64,000 nt of DNA, taken from contig CBDFJF010000001.1 of NCBI GenBank assembly GCA_965248265.1, forward strand, positions 2,912,001 to 2,976,000, given 5' to 3'. The notes beneath the pieces are model-generated. The model saw only the letters and a list, made by a program, of their open reading frames with translations, was not told where the DNA came from and ran no database searches. The position numbers and the translations under genes were made by a program. This DNA comes from Candidatus Latescibacterota bacterium (GTDB lineage: Bacteria; Latescibacterota; UBA2968; UBA8231). Of the stretch, positions 18,815 through 28,983 are shown one piece after another; the stretch's first letter is position 1, and the number at the start of each line of letters is the position of its first letter.

Positions 18815-20491
18815 TCACGCGCTTCCCAACAAGCTTGGTGCGGGCGCCGGTTCGATGACGACATCGATGGCGGACGGCAATCCGGACGTCATTGCGCGCT
18901 CGATAGCCGGGGTCAGTTGGCCGGGGTCCTCGACGCGTTCGCCGTGGGCTCCCAGGGCTGTGGCTACCTGGTCGTAGCGGGTGGGCAATAACTCGCATGC
19001 GACGGTGCGATCGGCGCCGTAGGTATTCGTCTGCAACTGAACCTCTGCGTTCCACCGTGCGTCGTTGCCGATGATGACACTGATCGGCAGCCCGTAACGG
19101 ACAGCGGTGTCGAGTTCGAGTGCCCCGAAACCGAAGGTGCCGTCTCCGACGAAGACGAACACGTGACGATCCGGGTACATCGCCTTGGCTCCAAGGGCCA
19201 GTGGCAGGGCGCTGCCGATCGATCCCGATGGTCCATTGATGATCCGGGTTTCAGCGTCGCATCCCGCCTGCGCCCATTGACCGAACTCCCCGCCGTCGCT
19301 GACAAAGATGGCACCCTTGTCCAGAAACGGCTGTACGGCCTCACATATCCGCAGGGGGTGGATCGGGCGGGCACTGGAGGTCCGCAACTGTTGCCAATCA
19401 TGCGGAGTTGCGCACCGGGCGGTTTCCACCGTGGCTGCCCAATCTCCGGCGGATCGATCGGCGCCTGCGCCGGATCCGGCTTGCGCGTCACCATCTCGTG
19501 GTCCGGTGGCGAAGTTGGCCGCCTCAGTCAGTATCTGCTCTGGGTCACCATGAATGAATGACAGTATATTGTCATTCATGCTGCGCGCCTTCTCGTCGGC
19601 GTCGATCTGTATGAACTTGCAGCTGTGCGCGAAGGGTGCCTTGCCGAATTTGAGCGAGAAGTCCAGTTTCTTGCCGGCCAGAATTACCAGATCGGCTTCG
19701 GCAAGCTTGTTGACGGCAAGATGCAGGTGTGGATCGTTGACCCCGCGTGGACTCGCCATGGGCAGGACGGCAGTTGTCGTGCCCGCGGCGAAATCCAATA
19801 CCGTTTGCCAACTCCTTCCCCGCGCCATGGCCGGACCGGCCAGAATTAGCGGGCGCTCGGCGTCACGAATCCGGCCCAGCAGTTCATCCACGTCGGATTT
19901 CGCGTCAGCTATCTCCATTACGGATCCTGCACTGCCGCTCGAATCGGAGTTATCCACACCGCCTTCCACAGCCTCCTTCAGCACGTCGTCGGGAAGGCTG
20001 AGATGAACCGGCCCGGGACGCCCTTCGGCGGCCATACCCATGGCACGTTTGAGATCACTACCCAGACTCGAAGCCTCCCGAACCATCCAGGCCGCCTTGG
20101 TCACCGGTTGGGCCCCGGCTACCTGGTCCACCTCCTGGAAAGCACCCATCCCCAGCTGCGAAATCGGGGCGTGGCCGCTCAGCAACACCAGGGGGGACTC
20201 GGCCATCAATGCCATGTAAAGGGCAGAAAGGGCATTGAAGTGACCGGGACCGGCAGTGACCGCGGCAACGCCGGGTTTATCCGTCAACCGGCCCCAGGCA
20301 TCGGCCATGTGCACGGCCGTGGCCTCATGACGGGTGTGGATAATTTCGATGTCGCGCCCGATGGTGGCGTCGTAGATCGGCAGAATCTGGTTGCCGGAGA
20401 GCGAGAACAGGTACTTCACGCCGCGCTCAACCAGGGTCTCGACCAGTAGATCGGCCCCGGTCAGCCGCTCGCCCCCCCTCTTCACAACCAT
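18815..20491 (-). CDS. Thiamine-pyrophosphate-dependent enzyme (acetolactate synthase-like family)
   Basis: TRHEATAVHMADAWGR, TAGPG, GRPGPVHL, GDGTFG...GND TPP motif. Confidence 0.9.
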   Translation of the reverse strand: MVVKRGGERLTGADLLVETLVERGVKYLFSLSGNQILPIYDATIGRDIEIIHTRHEATAVHMADAWGRLTDKPGVAAVTAGPGHFNALSALYMALMAESPLVLLSGHAPISQLGMGAFQEVDQVAGAQPVTKAAWMVREASSLGSDLKRAMGMAAEGRPGPVHLSLPDDVLKEAVEGGVDNSDSSGSAGSVMEIADAKSDVDELLGRIRDAERPLILAGPAMARGRSWQTVLDFAAGTTTAVLPMASPRGVNDPHLHLAVNKLAEADLVILAGKKLDFSLKFGKAPFAHSCKFIQIDADEKARSMNDNILSFIHGDPEQILTEAANFATGPRDGDAQAGSGAGADRSAGDWAATVETARCATPHDWQQLRTSSARPIHPLRICEAVQPFLDKGAIFVSDGGEFGQWAQAGCDAETRIINGPSGSIGSALPLALGAKAMYPDRHVFVFVGDGTFGFGALELDTAVRYGLPISVIIGNDARWNAEVQLQTNTYGADRTVACELLPTRYDQVATALGAHGERVEDPGQLTPAIERAMTSGLPSAIDVVIEPAPAPSLLGSA

Positions 20492-20572
20492 GCGAACACC
20501 TCCTCGTCGTCACTCGAGCAACCCATTGATGCAGTGATGTGGGTATTTCGACAGCACGTTGTCTATATCCGG

Positions 20573-21525
20573 TCAGAACCCTCGTTTGGGATCAGCCACG
20601 TGCAGAGGGGTTTCGCCGGTCAGATAGCGTTCGAGGTTCATGCAGAAGAACTCGAACATCTTCTGCGGCCGGCTCGCTGCCCAACCGGCGACGTGCGGCG
20701 TCAGGATAAAATTGGGCGCGTCCCACAGAGGACCGGAAGCGGTTCGGTTTCACATACGTCTAGGCCGGCGCCAGCCAGCTGGCCCTCTTTCAAGGCCACG
20801 GCCAGAGCGTCCTCGTCGATGATGCCGCCCCGGGCAACGTTGATGAGGTAGGCCGTCGACTTCATCTGCGCGATCTGCTCGACGCCGACCATGCGGTAGG
20901 TCTCCGGTGTAATCGGCGTCGCCAGCATCACCACGTCACTGCGCTGCAACAGGGAGTGCAGGTTTTCCTTCGTCGCCGGCTTGAGCTCGGACACGCACTC
21001 CGGCTTGTCCGTGCGCACGGAATCGATGGCGAGGACCCTCATGTCGTAGCCCAGCGACCGCTTTGCCATCTCGACGCCGAAGCCACCACAGCCGATTACT
21101 CCCAGCGTGCCCCCCGCCACGTCGCCCTGATCGTGTTCGACCGTCCACTCCTTGCGCCATTGCTGCGGCAGATCGCGATGCAGCTTGCGCACCAGGGCCA
21201 GGTACAGCGCCCAGGCGTGATCGGCCGCCGCCGCCGCGTACTCACCCGCCATGTTGGAGATGACGACGCCCTCTCTGTCAGCCAGACCCTCGTATAGAAT
21301 CTTATCCAGACCGGCCGAGAACGTCTGCATCCATTTGAGATCGGGAGCCGCCTCGCACACCGCTTTCTTAAAATGGCCGAGAATGACCTCGACCCCTGCT
21401 GCAGCCGCGACCCCCTCTTCCTCACTTTGAATTTGGACCAGTTCGTGGCCCCCGTTGCCAGCCGCCACGGCATGCATCTGCTCGATCTGCTCGTCACTGA
21501 AAGGAAAATCTACCAGGATCTTCAT
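20573..21525 (-). pseudogene. D-2-hydroxyacid dehydrogenase, frameshifted near 20732
   Basis: GCGGFG, INVARG, GAGLDVCETEPLP; then PLWDAPNFILTPHVAG...DPKRGF* continues in another frame to the stop at 20573. Confidence 0.85.
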
Positions 21526-21622
21526 TTTACTTCGGCAACTCCTTGGTTAGGTCCGGTCCTGGTCTCAGCCGCCATGTGTTCCCGGCGCCGGGTGATCGAC
21601 CTGGTGTCCGGCGGCAGCGAAA

Positions 21623-22135
21623 TCAGCCGGTTTGATCGCGTTTTGCGATCGGCGCGAAACGAGCTCCCGAAAGCTCGATCAAATCGGCCGCCGCCAGCTC
21701 CAGACCGGCAACGGGATCACCGCTGCTGATGTTGTAGCGCGGGCAGGGCTTCAGGGCTTCGTCGAAGAGGACCGGCACCTCCGGAGGCAAACCGATCGGT
21801 GCCACCGCACCCATGACGCAGCCTCCGGTTACCTGCTCGATCTCGTCGGCTGAGGCGAACTGCAGCCGCAGGAAGCGCTCGTCACCGACATGCTCGCGCA
21901 CGGCCTTGGGATCAACCCGTTCATCTCCCCGCACGCAGGCCATCACGAACTGCCGCTTCTTGTCGCGCAGCAGAATCGACTTGACCATCTCTTCGATGAG
22001 GACGTCCCGTTGCCGAACCGCCTCTTCCACGGTGAATACGGGGGATTGGTGCGGCAGCAGCTTGTAGGGGATTCCACGGGCTTCGAGTGTTTCGATCACC
22101 CGCGTACGCGGGGTCGCTGCCTCTACTGCAGCCAA
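21623..22135 (-). CDS. YbaK/EbsC aminoacyl-tRNA deacylase family protein
   Basis: [28 protein letters not shown]. Confidence 0.85.
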   Translation of the reverse strand: MAAVEAATPRTRVIETLEARGIPYKLLPHQSPVFTVEEAVRQRDVLIEEMVKSILLRDKKRQFVMACVRGDERVDPKAVREHVGDERFLRLQFASADEIEQVTGGCVMGAVAPIGLPPEVPVLFDEALKPCPRYNISSGDPVAGLELAAADLIELSGARFAPIAKRDQTG

Positions 22136-23178
22136 GACAGGTCGAACAACGCCAGGGTGATGCGCTCGTAGGGACCACCGTCACCGCCCTCGTAGAGACA
22201 GGCGATGCGCCCGTCCGGAAGTGTGGCCAGATCGCTGTAGGCGCTGGGACCCGGATCGAGCACACCACTCAAGGGCCAGCTCTGGCCTTCATCGAAGCTG
22301 CCCCGCACGGTCATGTTCTCGCGCGCCGTTTCGCTGGCCGGATTCGAAAACAGGACCACGCCGGGCCCGTCCGGGCCGGGCCATGAGTGGCGCCGGATGC
22401 TGGCCTGGCAGATCGACTCGATCAGGGTGCGGTCGAAACGCTGTTCGCGCCAGGTAACCCCACCGTCATCGCTGAGAGCGACCTGGCGGTTGTGCTTGCT
22501 GCGGTCGTAGTTGCGCATGTTGAGCATGAGCCGGTCGCCGGTCAGCTCGACGACCTCGCATTCGTTGGTTTGATGTTCAGGCGAAGAACCTCCCAGTTCC
22601 CAACTCTCGCCACCGTTATCACTATAGATGACGTGAGCGTAGTAGCGCTCAGGGCCGGATTCAATGTGGTCACAGGCCACCACCAGACGACCGGCATGGT
22701 GCCCGTGTTCGATCTGGATTCCGGCACCCGGGCCCGTTGCGTACCAGGTCCAGTCCGGCTTTTTGGTGTCATCGGTGATCTCAACAGGGTCGGACCAACT
22801 CAGCCCGTCATCGTCGGAGCGCGAGATGAAGACGCGGCGCGTATCCTTGCTGGTCTGCGCGATGATCTTGCTCTGTTCGTCTTCGCCGTGATTCCAGGTC
22901 AATAACAACGAGATGACCCCTGACTCCTCATCGACGACAGGAGCGGGATTGCCGCAGGTATTGACCCCGTCATTCCAGATCGCCTGCTGGTCGCTCCACG
23001 TCGCCCCGTCATCGGTCGAACGCTTCACCAGTATGTCGATGTCACCGGTATCGGAGAAGCTGTCGACGCGGCCCTCGCAGAAGGCCAACAGCGTCCCCTC
23101 GGCCGTCACCGCCATCGCCGGAATGCGATAGGTGTCATACCCGTTCGTGCCGCTGACCCACAGATCTTGTTGTTCCAT
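22123..23178 (-). CDS. Sialidase (GH33)
   Basis: YRIP motif and five Asp-boxes ([40 protein letters not shown]). Confidence 0.92.
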   Translation of the reverse strand: MEQQDLWVSGTNGYDTYRIPAMAVTAEGTLLAFCEGRVDSFSDTGDIDILVKRSTDDGATWSDQQAIWNDGVNTCGNPAPVVDEESGVISLLLTWNHGEDEQSKIIAQTSKDTRRVFISRSDDDGLSWSDPVEITDDTKKPDWTWYATGPGAGIQIEHGHHAGRLVVACDHIESGPERYYAHVIYSDNGGESWELGGSSPEHQTNECEVVELTGDRLMLNMRNYDRSKHNRQVALSDDGGVTWREQRFDRTLIESICQASIRRHSWPGPDGPGVVLFSNPASETARENMTVRGSFDEGQSWPLSGVLDPGPSAYSDLATLPDGRIACLYEGGDGGPYERITLALFDLSWLQ

Positions 23179-23196
23179 GTTGCCCTCGTACTGTCC

Positions 23197-25554
23197 CTAT
23201 CCTACGGTGCCGACGATGACATCCTTGCGCCGCTCTTCCGGCGTCACCTGCAGCTGCTCAACCTTGTCACCGCGCACGCGTCCCTCGACAGTGGTCTTGT
23301 ACGGGGCGTGCAGCTTGAAGTCGACGTCCCAGGAAGCCGGCCAGGCCGGCAACAGCCGAATGACCGCGCCATCGGTCTGCATCAGCATTTCCTGCAGTCC
23401 GATCATACCGGAGCCGCCCCAGTTGTGGTCGGGGACCCAGTCGTGACCCGGACCCCAAAACGTCGGGAATCGGCGTTCGGAATCCCCCAGCTTCTTCACC
23501 GTCAACTTTGCCGCTTCGTCGGTCAGTCCCAGACGGGCGCAGAAAATGGCGTCCTGGTGCCAACTGATGTGATTGCGCTGGCTGGGGCGATCGACGCCGT
23601 AGCGCCAGGTATCGACGGCCGCCTGCAGATCCGGTTTGCCCAACCCGAACTGACCCCACGGAAACACTGGATAAAGCTGCGGCAACTCGACGTTGTTGAT
23701 GCGCTCCCAGTCCGCGGCTGGCGAGATTGTCCGCCGGCCCTCGCGCTCGCGATAGTTTACCGGTGGGATCCGGCCCAGCATGGTCTGCCAGCGCTGCCGC
23801 TGCTCGGCCGACAGGTACTGCGACGGTAATTCCAACAGCCGTCTCAGAACGGTTTTCAACCCGACCACGACATTGGTCGGATTGGTGGCTGACTTGTAGG
23901 TCTCACACGCCGTGCTCGGAAACAGCACCAGGTTGCCGCTGTCGTTGAACGGCTCCTCGGTGCGGCGACGATGGCGCAATTGATAGTGCTCATCGAAGAA
24001 CGTCAGGCAGCTCTCGATCAAGGGTATATAACCGGCGACGTCTTCCCCGGTGAAACGCTCGACATCCAGCATCATGAGACAGAATTCCAGCACCGTGTCG
24101 TACTGGTACTCGACATACATGTTGTCCTGCACACCCTTTTCGGCGCCCCCGCGCGGCCCCAGCTTGCCGTCCTGCCAGCCGTAGGCATGGCCCATGGGCA
24201 GGCCGTAGTTGCTGATCTGTTCGGTGAAGCAGGAGCCGGCGTGACCCCAATAAACCTGCGAGCGCAGTTCGGCATTGCCCAGCGCCATCAGGTAGAAATC
24301 GAATTGCGGCGTCATCATGTCGAAGTCGCCGCTCTTCAACATCGGCCAGTAAACGAGGCGCTGATTCTGTGCGGTGAAGACGCCCCCACCCCATTGACGA
24401 AAGTCCGGCGTCGCCGCGTCGTAGGTGTGCTTGTCGTCGTCAAGCTCGATCAGAACGGGATCGTAGGTAAAAAGCGAGCCATTAAACTTAGTAGGCGCCT
24501 CACTGTAAGCATTGCACCCCAGGCAGTAACGGAACAACTGATAGTTGCGCCCGACCTGCCAGGCCTCGTCGGCGGCATCGGCGCGCTCGCCATTGATGGC
24601 AATGCGGCTGCGTTGCCAGAACTGCTGCCACCACACGTCCGTGTCCTCGCGGGCATCGTCGCGGGTCAGCTCTTCACCGGACAGTTCTTCCAATTCCTCC
24701 CGCCACTCCGACTCATCCGCCGCCTGGGCCGTGTGCAGGAAGATGTCGACGTGGTGGTCCGTCGACGGGGCGCTGCTGCGCAGGGAAAAACCGGTGTAAT
24801 CGGTCGACAGGTAGCGGCCCGATGTGGTGCCGGCCTGCTCCAATCCGGGACCGGTCATAACCCCGCCGAAGGTCAAATCCTCCAGCGGATTCCACATCTT
24901 GTCCGCGACCACGTCGAGGTGCTGTTGCGTTACTTCCTTGTCGAATACCAGATCGGAATTGTCGTTGCGGTGAAACCATAGGACGCGATCAGAGATGTGC
25001 TCTATATGATCTGCCCGGGTCAACAGGGGGATATTATCCGGCTCAGTATCCAGAAAACCGGTGCAGGCCATGCGCTCGTCCTTGGGCAACGGGCGATCCT
25101 GCGTGCGCCATGACTCGTAGGTTGCCGTGAAGGAAACCGGGGCCGCTCCTGCACGTACATCTATATGAATGACCGGCCTGTCGACTTCACACCACAGCTG
25201 CAGGATCGCCGACGTCGAGGGTGAGCGCCCTTCGATCTCCACCCGCCCTTTGCGCAGCACCAGCTCCTGCCGGAAGGAGAGTGCCCCAGCGCCGAACGGA
25301 TTCGGATCCAGCGTCATCCGGACCCGCCCTAACTTCAGCATCTGGTTGTTTTCATCAAATGTCCCACTGCGGGAGAGGTAGAGGAGGATGTCACCCCCTT
25401 CGACCCAGACGTTGCAGCCGATATCCCCTCCGCCCATCGGCATTGATGCTGATACGTCCTTGCTCTGTGTGTCCCAGACAACATTGTACCGATCCAACCA
25501 ATCCAGGTCGTGTTCTGCGGGCATATGCTCTTTCTGCGATCCTACGGTTGCCAC
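23197..25554 (-). CDS. DUF5703/GH95-like glycoside hydrolase
   Basis: SMPMGGGDIGCNVWVE, KFNGSLFT, FTAQNQRLVYWP, PQLYPVFPW, LQEMLMQ...LLPAWP. Confidence 0.75.
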   Translation of the reverse strand: MATVGSQKEHMPAEHDLDWLDRYNVVWDTQSKDVSASMPMGGGDIGCNVWVEGGDILLYLSRSGTFDENNQMLKLGRVRMTLDPNPFGAGALSFRQELVLRKGRVEIEGRSPSTSAILQLWCEVDRPVIHIDVRAGAAPVSFTATYESWRTQDRPLPKDERMACTGFLDTEPDNIPLLTRADHIEHISDRVLWFHRNDNSDLVFDKEVTQQHLDVVADKMWNPLEDLTFGGVMTGPGLEQAGTTSGRYLSTDYTGFSLRSSAPSTDHHVDIFLHTAQAADESEWREELEELSGEELTRDDAREDTDVWWQQFWQRSRIAINGERADAADEAWQVGRNYQLFRYCLGCNAYSEAPTKFNGSLFTYDPVLIELDDDKHTYDAATPDFRQWGGGVFTAQNQRLVYWPMLKSGDFDMMTPQFDFYLMALGNAELRSQVYWGHAGSCFTEQISNYGLPMGHAYGWQDGKLGPRGGAEKGVQDNMYVEYQYDTVLEFCLMMLDVERFTGEDVAGYIPLIESCLTFFDEHYQLRHRRRTEEPFNDSGNLVLFPSTACETYKSATNPTNVVVGLKTVLRRLLELPSQYLSAEQRQRWQTMLGRIPPVNYREREGRRTISPAADWERINNVELPQLYPVFPWGQFGLGKPDLQAAVDTWRYGVDRPSQRNHISWHQDAIFCARLGLTDEAAKLTVKKLGDSERRFPTFWGPGHDWVPDHNWGGSGMIGLQEMLMQTDGAVIRLLPAWPASWDVDFKLHAPYKTTVEGRVRGDKVEQLQVTPEERRKDVIVGTVG

Positions 25555-25646
25555 GCGGGAAGTGCGGCGACATCTTCACCGGCTATCCGCGCAAGCGGTA
25601 CAACATAAGCCACCTGCCGAAAAGGGGTAAACGGAGAAGTAATTAT

Positions 25647-27404
25647 ATGGGGTTACTGGACTGGAGTATCGTCGTCATCTTGAACGGAGGGACCATCCTC
25701 TACGGCCTCTATTTGAGTCGGGGAGTGCGTTCGAGCGCCGACTGGTTTCTGGCCGGCAGACGGCTGCCCTGGTGGCTTGTGGGTCTGTCCATGTACGCGA
25801 CCGCCATCGACTCCAGCGACCTGGTCGCCGACTCGGGCGGCGTCTATACCATGGGCCTGAGCGTCATGACCGCCAACTGGGTCGGCGTCATTGGCGGGTG
25901 GGTGCTGGCCGGCTTCTTCGTCTTCCTGCCGATGTACCGCATCGGCGTCTATACCAACGCGGAGTACCTCGAGGCCCGTTTCGGCGCCACCGTCCGGGTA
26001 TTGTGCGCCTTTGTCCAGGTACAGTACCGGACCCTGGTACTGGCCATCATCGGTACCTCGGTGTTTTTGACGCTGTTCGTCGTCTGTGGTTGGGACACCT
26101 TCACTTCCTGGTCCGTCGTCGTCGGCATCGCCATCCTGGCCACGATTTATACCGCCTTCGGCGGATTGCGCTCCGTTGCCGTCACCGACGCGCTGCAGTT
26201 CGGCATCATGAGTGCTGCCGGTCTCATCATCTGGTTCTCGGTATGGGGCACCGTCGACGGTTGGGAGGGCACGCGGCAGCGACTGGAGGCCGTGGATCCC
26301 AAGCTGACCGAGCTCCTCCACATCGGGGCCGATCAGGTTGAGTTCGAGGATGTCAGTGCCATCGACCAGACTCAAATCGAGCGCAAGTTACTGCTGGGCG
26401 GTACTTACGATCAAGCCCGCAACGCCATCGTCCGCGTCACTCCCGGGTGGCTTGTGGCGCTGGCCTTCGTCATCATCGGCATTGCCTATTCGGTCGTCAA
26501 TCACACCCAGGCCATGCGCATGTTCGCCTCACGCAACGAATGGCATCTGAAGATGGCCATCTTCGCCGCATCCGTGCCGTTGCTGGCGATGACGTTCTTC
26601 AACCTTTCCATCGGCGTCATGGGCCGCGCCCTCATGCCCGAGCAGGCCGAGTTGCCCTTCGGCCGCCAGGACTCGATCTATCCACTGCTGGCCAGTCACG
26701 TCACCGCTGCCGGGCTCAAGGGCATCGTCGTGGCAGGTATGCTCGCCGCCGCCCTGTCGACCTACGATTCGATCGGGTCATCTCTGTCAGCATTGATGAC
26801 CCGCGATGTTTATGCCCGGCTGCTGGTGCGCGATCGCGACGACCATCACTACCTGCGCGTCGGCCAGTGGCTGACCCCCGTCATCATCATGGGCTCGTTC
26901 GCCTACGTCCCGTTCATGGACGGGGGCATGCTCAAATTCTACATCGACATCACCAGCACCTTCGTGATCCCGCTGCTGACCCTCTTCCTGATGGGGGTGC
27001 TGACTCGGGTCCATCCCCGCAGCGGACTGATCGGCCTCTTGGCTGGTGTCCTTTATGGAATCATCCGGATGCTGTCACCGATGATCGCCGACAGTTACGG
27101 CGTCGCCGTGCTGCCATCCATTCTGGCCAATTCCTGGGCCGCCTACCCCTTCAGCATGATCGTCAGCGCCGCTACCATGGTCATCGTCTCGCTGTTCACG
27201 AGATTTACCAGCCGTGCCACTCAGCTGGGCGAAGCCCACAAGGAGGACAGCCCCTGGTTGCGCGAAAGTCTGGAGACGGTGCAGGATCTCGACCATGTCC
27301 ACGAAAGCGAGGAGGATCACGGCTTGCCCATGAATCTGCCGATCGTACTGGCCGCCATCTCCATCATCGCCGGCTGTGTTTTTACTTTTGTCGTGCTCTG
27401 GTGA
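25647..27404 (+). CDS. Sodium:solute symporter
   Basis: FLAGRRLPWW, EYLEARFG, YTAFGGLRSVAVTDALQ, GLKGIVVAGMLAA. Confidence 0.92.
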   Translation: MGLLDWSIVVILNGGTILYGLYLSRGVRSSADWFLAGRRLPWWLVGLSMYATAIDSSDLVADSGGVYTMGLSVMTANWVGVIGGWVLAGFFVFLPMYRIGVYTNAEYLEARFGATVRVLCAFVQVQYRTLVLAIIGTSVFLTLFVVCGWDTFTSWSVVVGIAILATIYTAFGGLRSVAVTDALQFGIMSAAGLIIWFSVWGTVDGWEGTRQRLEAVDPKLTELLHIGADQVEFEDVSAIDQTQIERKLLLGGTYDQARNAIVRVTPGWLVALAFVIIGIAYSVVNHTQAMRMFASRNEWHLKMAIFAASVPLLAMTFFNLSIGVMGRALMPEQAELPFGRQDSIYPLLASHVTAAGLKGIVVAGMLAAALSTYDSIGSSLSALMTRDVYARLLVRDRDDHHYLRVGQWLTPVIIMGSFAYVPFMDGGMLKFYIDITSTFVIPLLTLFLMGVLTRVHPRSGLIGLLAGVLYGIIRMLSPMIADSYGVAVLPSILANSWAAYPFSMIVSAATMVIVSLFTRFTSRATQLGEAHKEDSPWLRESLETVQDLDHVHESEEDHGLPMNLPIVLAAISIIAGCVFTFVVLW

Positions 27405-27407
27405 GAG

Positions 27408-27785
27408 TCATTGACTGCGTACGACGGCTACGGCAAGTAAGACCCACGCTGCAACGAAGGCAGTCCCGCCAAGCGGCGTGATGGCGCCCAGCCAACGTTG
27501 TCCGGTCAGGCTCATCACGTAGAGGCTGCCCGAGAACAGGACCGTGCCGGCAATCATGGCCAGCCCGGCCCATTTCACGGGGCCGGAGGCACCGCATGGC
27601 AGATGAGCCGCGGCCAAGGCCACGGCGAAAAGGCCGAGGGCGTGATAGTAGTGGTACTGCACCGCCGTCTGGTAGACATCCAGCATGGCGGGTTCCACAC
27701 GCGCTTTGAGGGCGTGTGCCCCGAAAGCGCCGAAAGTTACCGCTAGAGCCGCGCTGATGCTGCCTGCCAGCATGAACATTTTCAT
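27408..27785 (-). CDS. DUF423 (YgdD/TMEM256) membrane protein
   Basis: GAFGAHAL, TAVQYH, LFSGSLY, GAITPLGG. Confidence 0.92.
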   Translation of the reverse strand: MKMFMLAGSISAALAVTFGAFGAHALKARVEPAMLDVYQTAVQYHYYHALGLFAVALAAAHLPCGASGPVKWAGLAMIAGTVLFSGSLYVMSLTGQRWLGAITPLGGTAFVAAWVLLAVAVVRSQ

Positions 27786-27831
27786 TCTCTACTCCTTGAA
27801 ACCCGGGAACTCCGGATGTAGGTTGACCCGT

Positions 27832-28914
27832 ATGGATAAAACATATCGCGTTGCCATCATCGGTCTCGGTCGCATGGGTTCGACCATCGACGACGAGCGC
27901 CATTCCGACCTCCCCTACTCGATCGCTGCCTCCACACTGGCCTGTGACCGCCTGGAACTGGTTGCCGGCTGCGACATTGATCAGGCCAAACGTGAAGCCT
28001 TCAGCGAGCGTTGGAAGGTTCAACCCGTGTACGAAGACTTCCGTGCCATGATCGAAAAAGAACAGCCGGATCTGGTGGCTGTGTGCACGGCGGCCTGTGC
28101 ACCCAAGCCGGCTGGCAAAGCACCGGACAGCAGTTTCCGGGGTGACTCTCACGCCGAGTTGGGGGTGGCGCTGGCCGAACTCAACGTGCCGATGGTGTAC
28201 ATGGAAAAGGCGATGGCCAGCTCCATGGCGGCTGCCGATGCAGTCAAAGCCGCGGTTGAACGCAGCGGCACCGTGTTCAACACGGGTGTGCTGCGCCGCT
28301 TCGATTGTCGCTACGAGCCGCTACGCGAGGCCGTGCTGGATGGGCGCATTGGCACGCCGAGGGCTGCCGTTGTCTATGCCTCTACCAACCTCCTGCACGG
28401 CCATATCCATTCCATCGACACCCTCTCGTGGCTGCTGGGTGATCCGGCCATCACCGCCGTGCGGGGTGAGTTGTTGCCGCGGAGCCTAGAAATAATAGAC
28501 GGCTTCCTGCCGGCTGATCCCCAAGCTATCTACCAGCTGCAGTTCGCCAATGGGGTTGAGGCGTCATCGGTACCGGGTGGGGAATGGGAGTTTGAGGTGA
28601 TCGGCGAGGACGGCGCCTTGCGCAACTTCAACAATGGTGCCTACAACAACCTGCGCCTGCGCCGGGCGGGTGCTGCCCGCAGGGATGCCTGGGACGAATC
28701 CCGTCTTCCGGCGCTGCCACCGAAGAGCACGGCAGTGAGTTGCCTCGAGGATCTGATAGCGGCCTACGAGTCTGGCCAACCCACGCGGGGTCACGTCGGA
28801 GTCACCCACCATGTTACGGAAGCGTGCTTCGCTGTTGCCGAGAGTCACCGGCGCGGTGGCACCTGGGTCGATTTGCCGCTGCAGGATCGCGACACATACA
28901 TATTTCACGTCTAG
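27832..28914 (+). CDS. Gfo/Idh/MocA family oxidoreductase
   Basis: IIGLGRMG, EKAMA, HGHIHSID. Confidence 0.88.
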   Translation: MDKTYRVAIIGLGRMGSTIDDERHSDLPYSIAASTLACDRLELVAGCDIDQAKREAFSERWKVQPVYEDFRAMIEKEQPDLVAVCTAACAPKPAGKAPDSSFRGDSHAELGVALAELNVPMVYMEKAMASSMAAADAVKAAVERSGTVFNTGVLRRFDCRYEPLREAVLDGRIGTPRAAVVYASTNLLHGHIHSIDTLSWLLGDPAITAVRGELLPRSLEIIDGFLPADPQAIYQLQFANGVEASSVPGGEWEFEVIGEDGALRNFNNGAYNNLRLRRAGAARRDAWDESRLPALPPKSTAVSCLEDLIAAYESGQPTRGHVGVTHHVTEACFAVAESHRRGGTWVDLPLQDRDTYIFHV

Positions 28915-28983
28915 CGGATCCTGCCCTGGCTGTGCGCCGGCACCAGCGGTTCCACCGGCGACCACCTGGGTAGGCGCCGTCAC

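Noticed and set aside
21522-21622. Open frame ending in an ATGA overlap with the dehydrogenase, possibly the 3' remnant of a deleted gene
   Set aside because: Too short and no recognisable motif.
25221-25646. Long N-terminal extensions in the ORF track (SSS, lysC, dapA-like, dciA, Gfo)
   Set aside because: They overlap neighbouring genes and lack family motifs; downstream starts fit better.
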